Source: Callorhinchus milii
Lineage: Eukaryota
DNA: 64,000 bases
Direction: 5' to 3'
Assembly: GCF_018977255.1 (NCBI RefSeq)
Contig: NW_024704743.1
Location: 111,478,001-111,542,000, forward strand
This document shows positions 63,467 through 64,000 of the stretch, one piece after another (position 1 is the stretch's first letter; each line of letters opens with the position of its first letter). The position numbers and the translations under genes were made by a program. Under the pieces are notes generated by a model, which was not told where the DNA came from, did no database searches, and worked only from the letters and a program-made list of their open reading frames with translations.

Positions 63467-64000
63467 CTGTTGAAAAATAACAGGTAATTAACTCAGTCTA
63501 TTTTTGCTATTTTTAAATCAAGGTTATAAATCCCGAATTTACACCAGTTTAAAAGATGAGCACTTTGAGGTTAATAATTTTATATTTCTTACACCGTCAA
63601 TGGTTTCCAGATTGCACATCATTAAATTATTTTACCAGAAATTACTGAAAAATTATAAAACTAACAGACTCGGCTACTTGCGTTTCACTTTATTTAAAGC
63701 CACGATTAACCATCTTCAAAATACAGTATGTTTTCAAATATCAATGTAATGTGGCTTTAATTTATAGAACAACACAGAACAGTGTATATGTATGTACAAA
63801 ATGAACAGTGGAGGGCTCAGATAGAAATGTTGCCTTGGAAATCATAATGTGATTTTAAAAAATACATTGGTTTTAGGTCTTGAAGTCAGGATGAAGCCAG
63901 GACTTGGGGAATTTGAGGGAGCTATACTTGTATCCAAATAGCTAATAAAGCAATTTAAGATGATTGATTCAACTTCTGGTTTGGACACTGACATTTGGTT

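Overview
Repeat-rich, largely non-coding vertebrate genomic DNA. Nothing here looks prokaryotic: no operons, CRISPR arrays or rRNA. The repeat complement (L2 and CR1 LINEs, tRNA-headed Deu-domain SINEs with L2-type tails, a Harbinger relic) suggests a cartilaginous fish, possibly a holocephalan. That assignment is inferred from remembered consensus sequences, not from a search. The centre holds a ~17.5 kb strand-asymmetric polypurine satellite (25.05-42.6 kb) with a ~21-bp GAGAGATGG(A/G)GCA core. It contains higher-order duplications, short interstitial (TTAGGG)n tracts and nested SINE/L2 insertions, and is flanked by related, more degenerate minisatellites (21.5-21.8 and 43.5-49.6 kb). The very long ORFs in the track are artefacts of this satellite. 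The AT-rich flanks carry a 2.4 kb decayed L2, many retroelement fragments, a MITE, and about ten short candidate minus-strand exons of a host gene I could not identify. I found no convincing novel biological system. The best leads are the satellite architecture and the possible micro-exon gene. Repeat boundaries were read by eye and are approximate.
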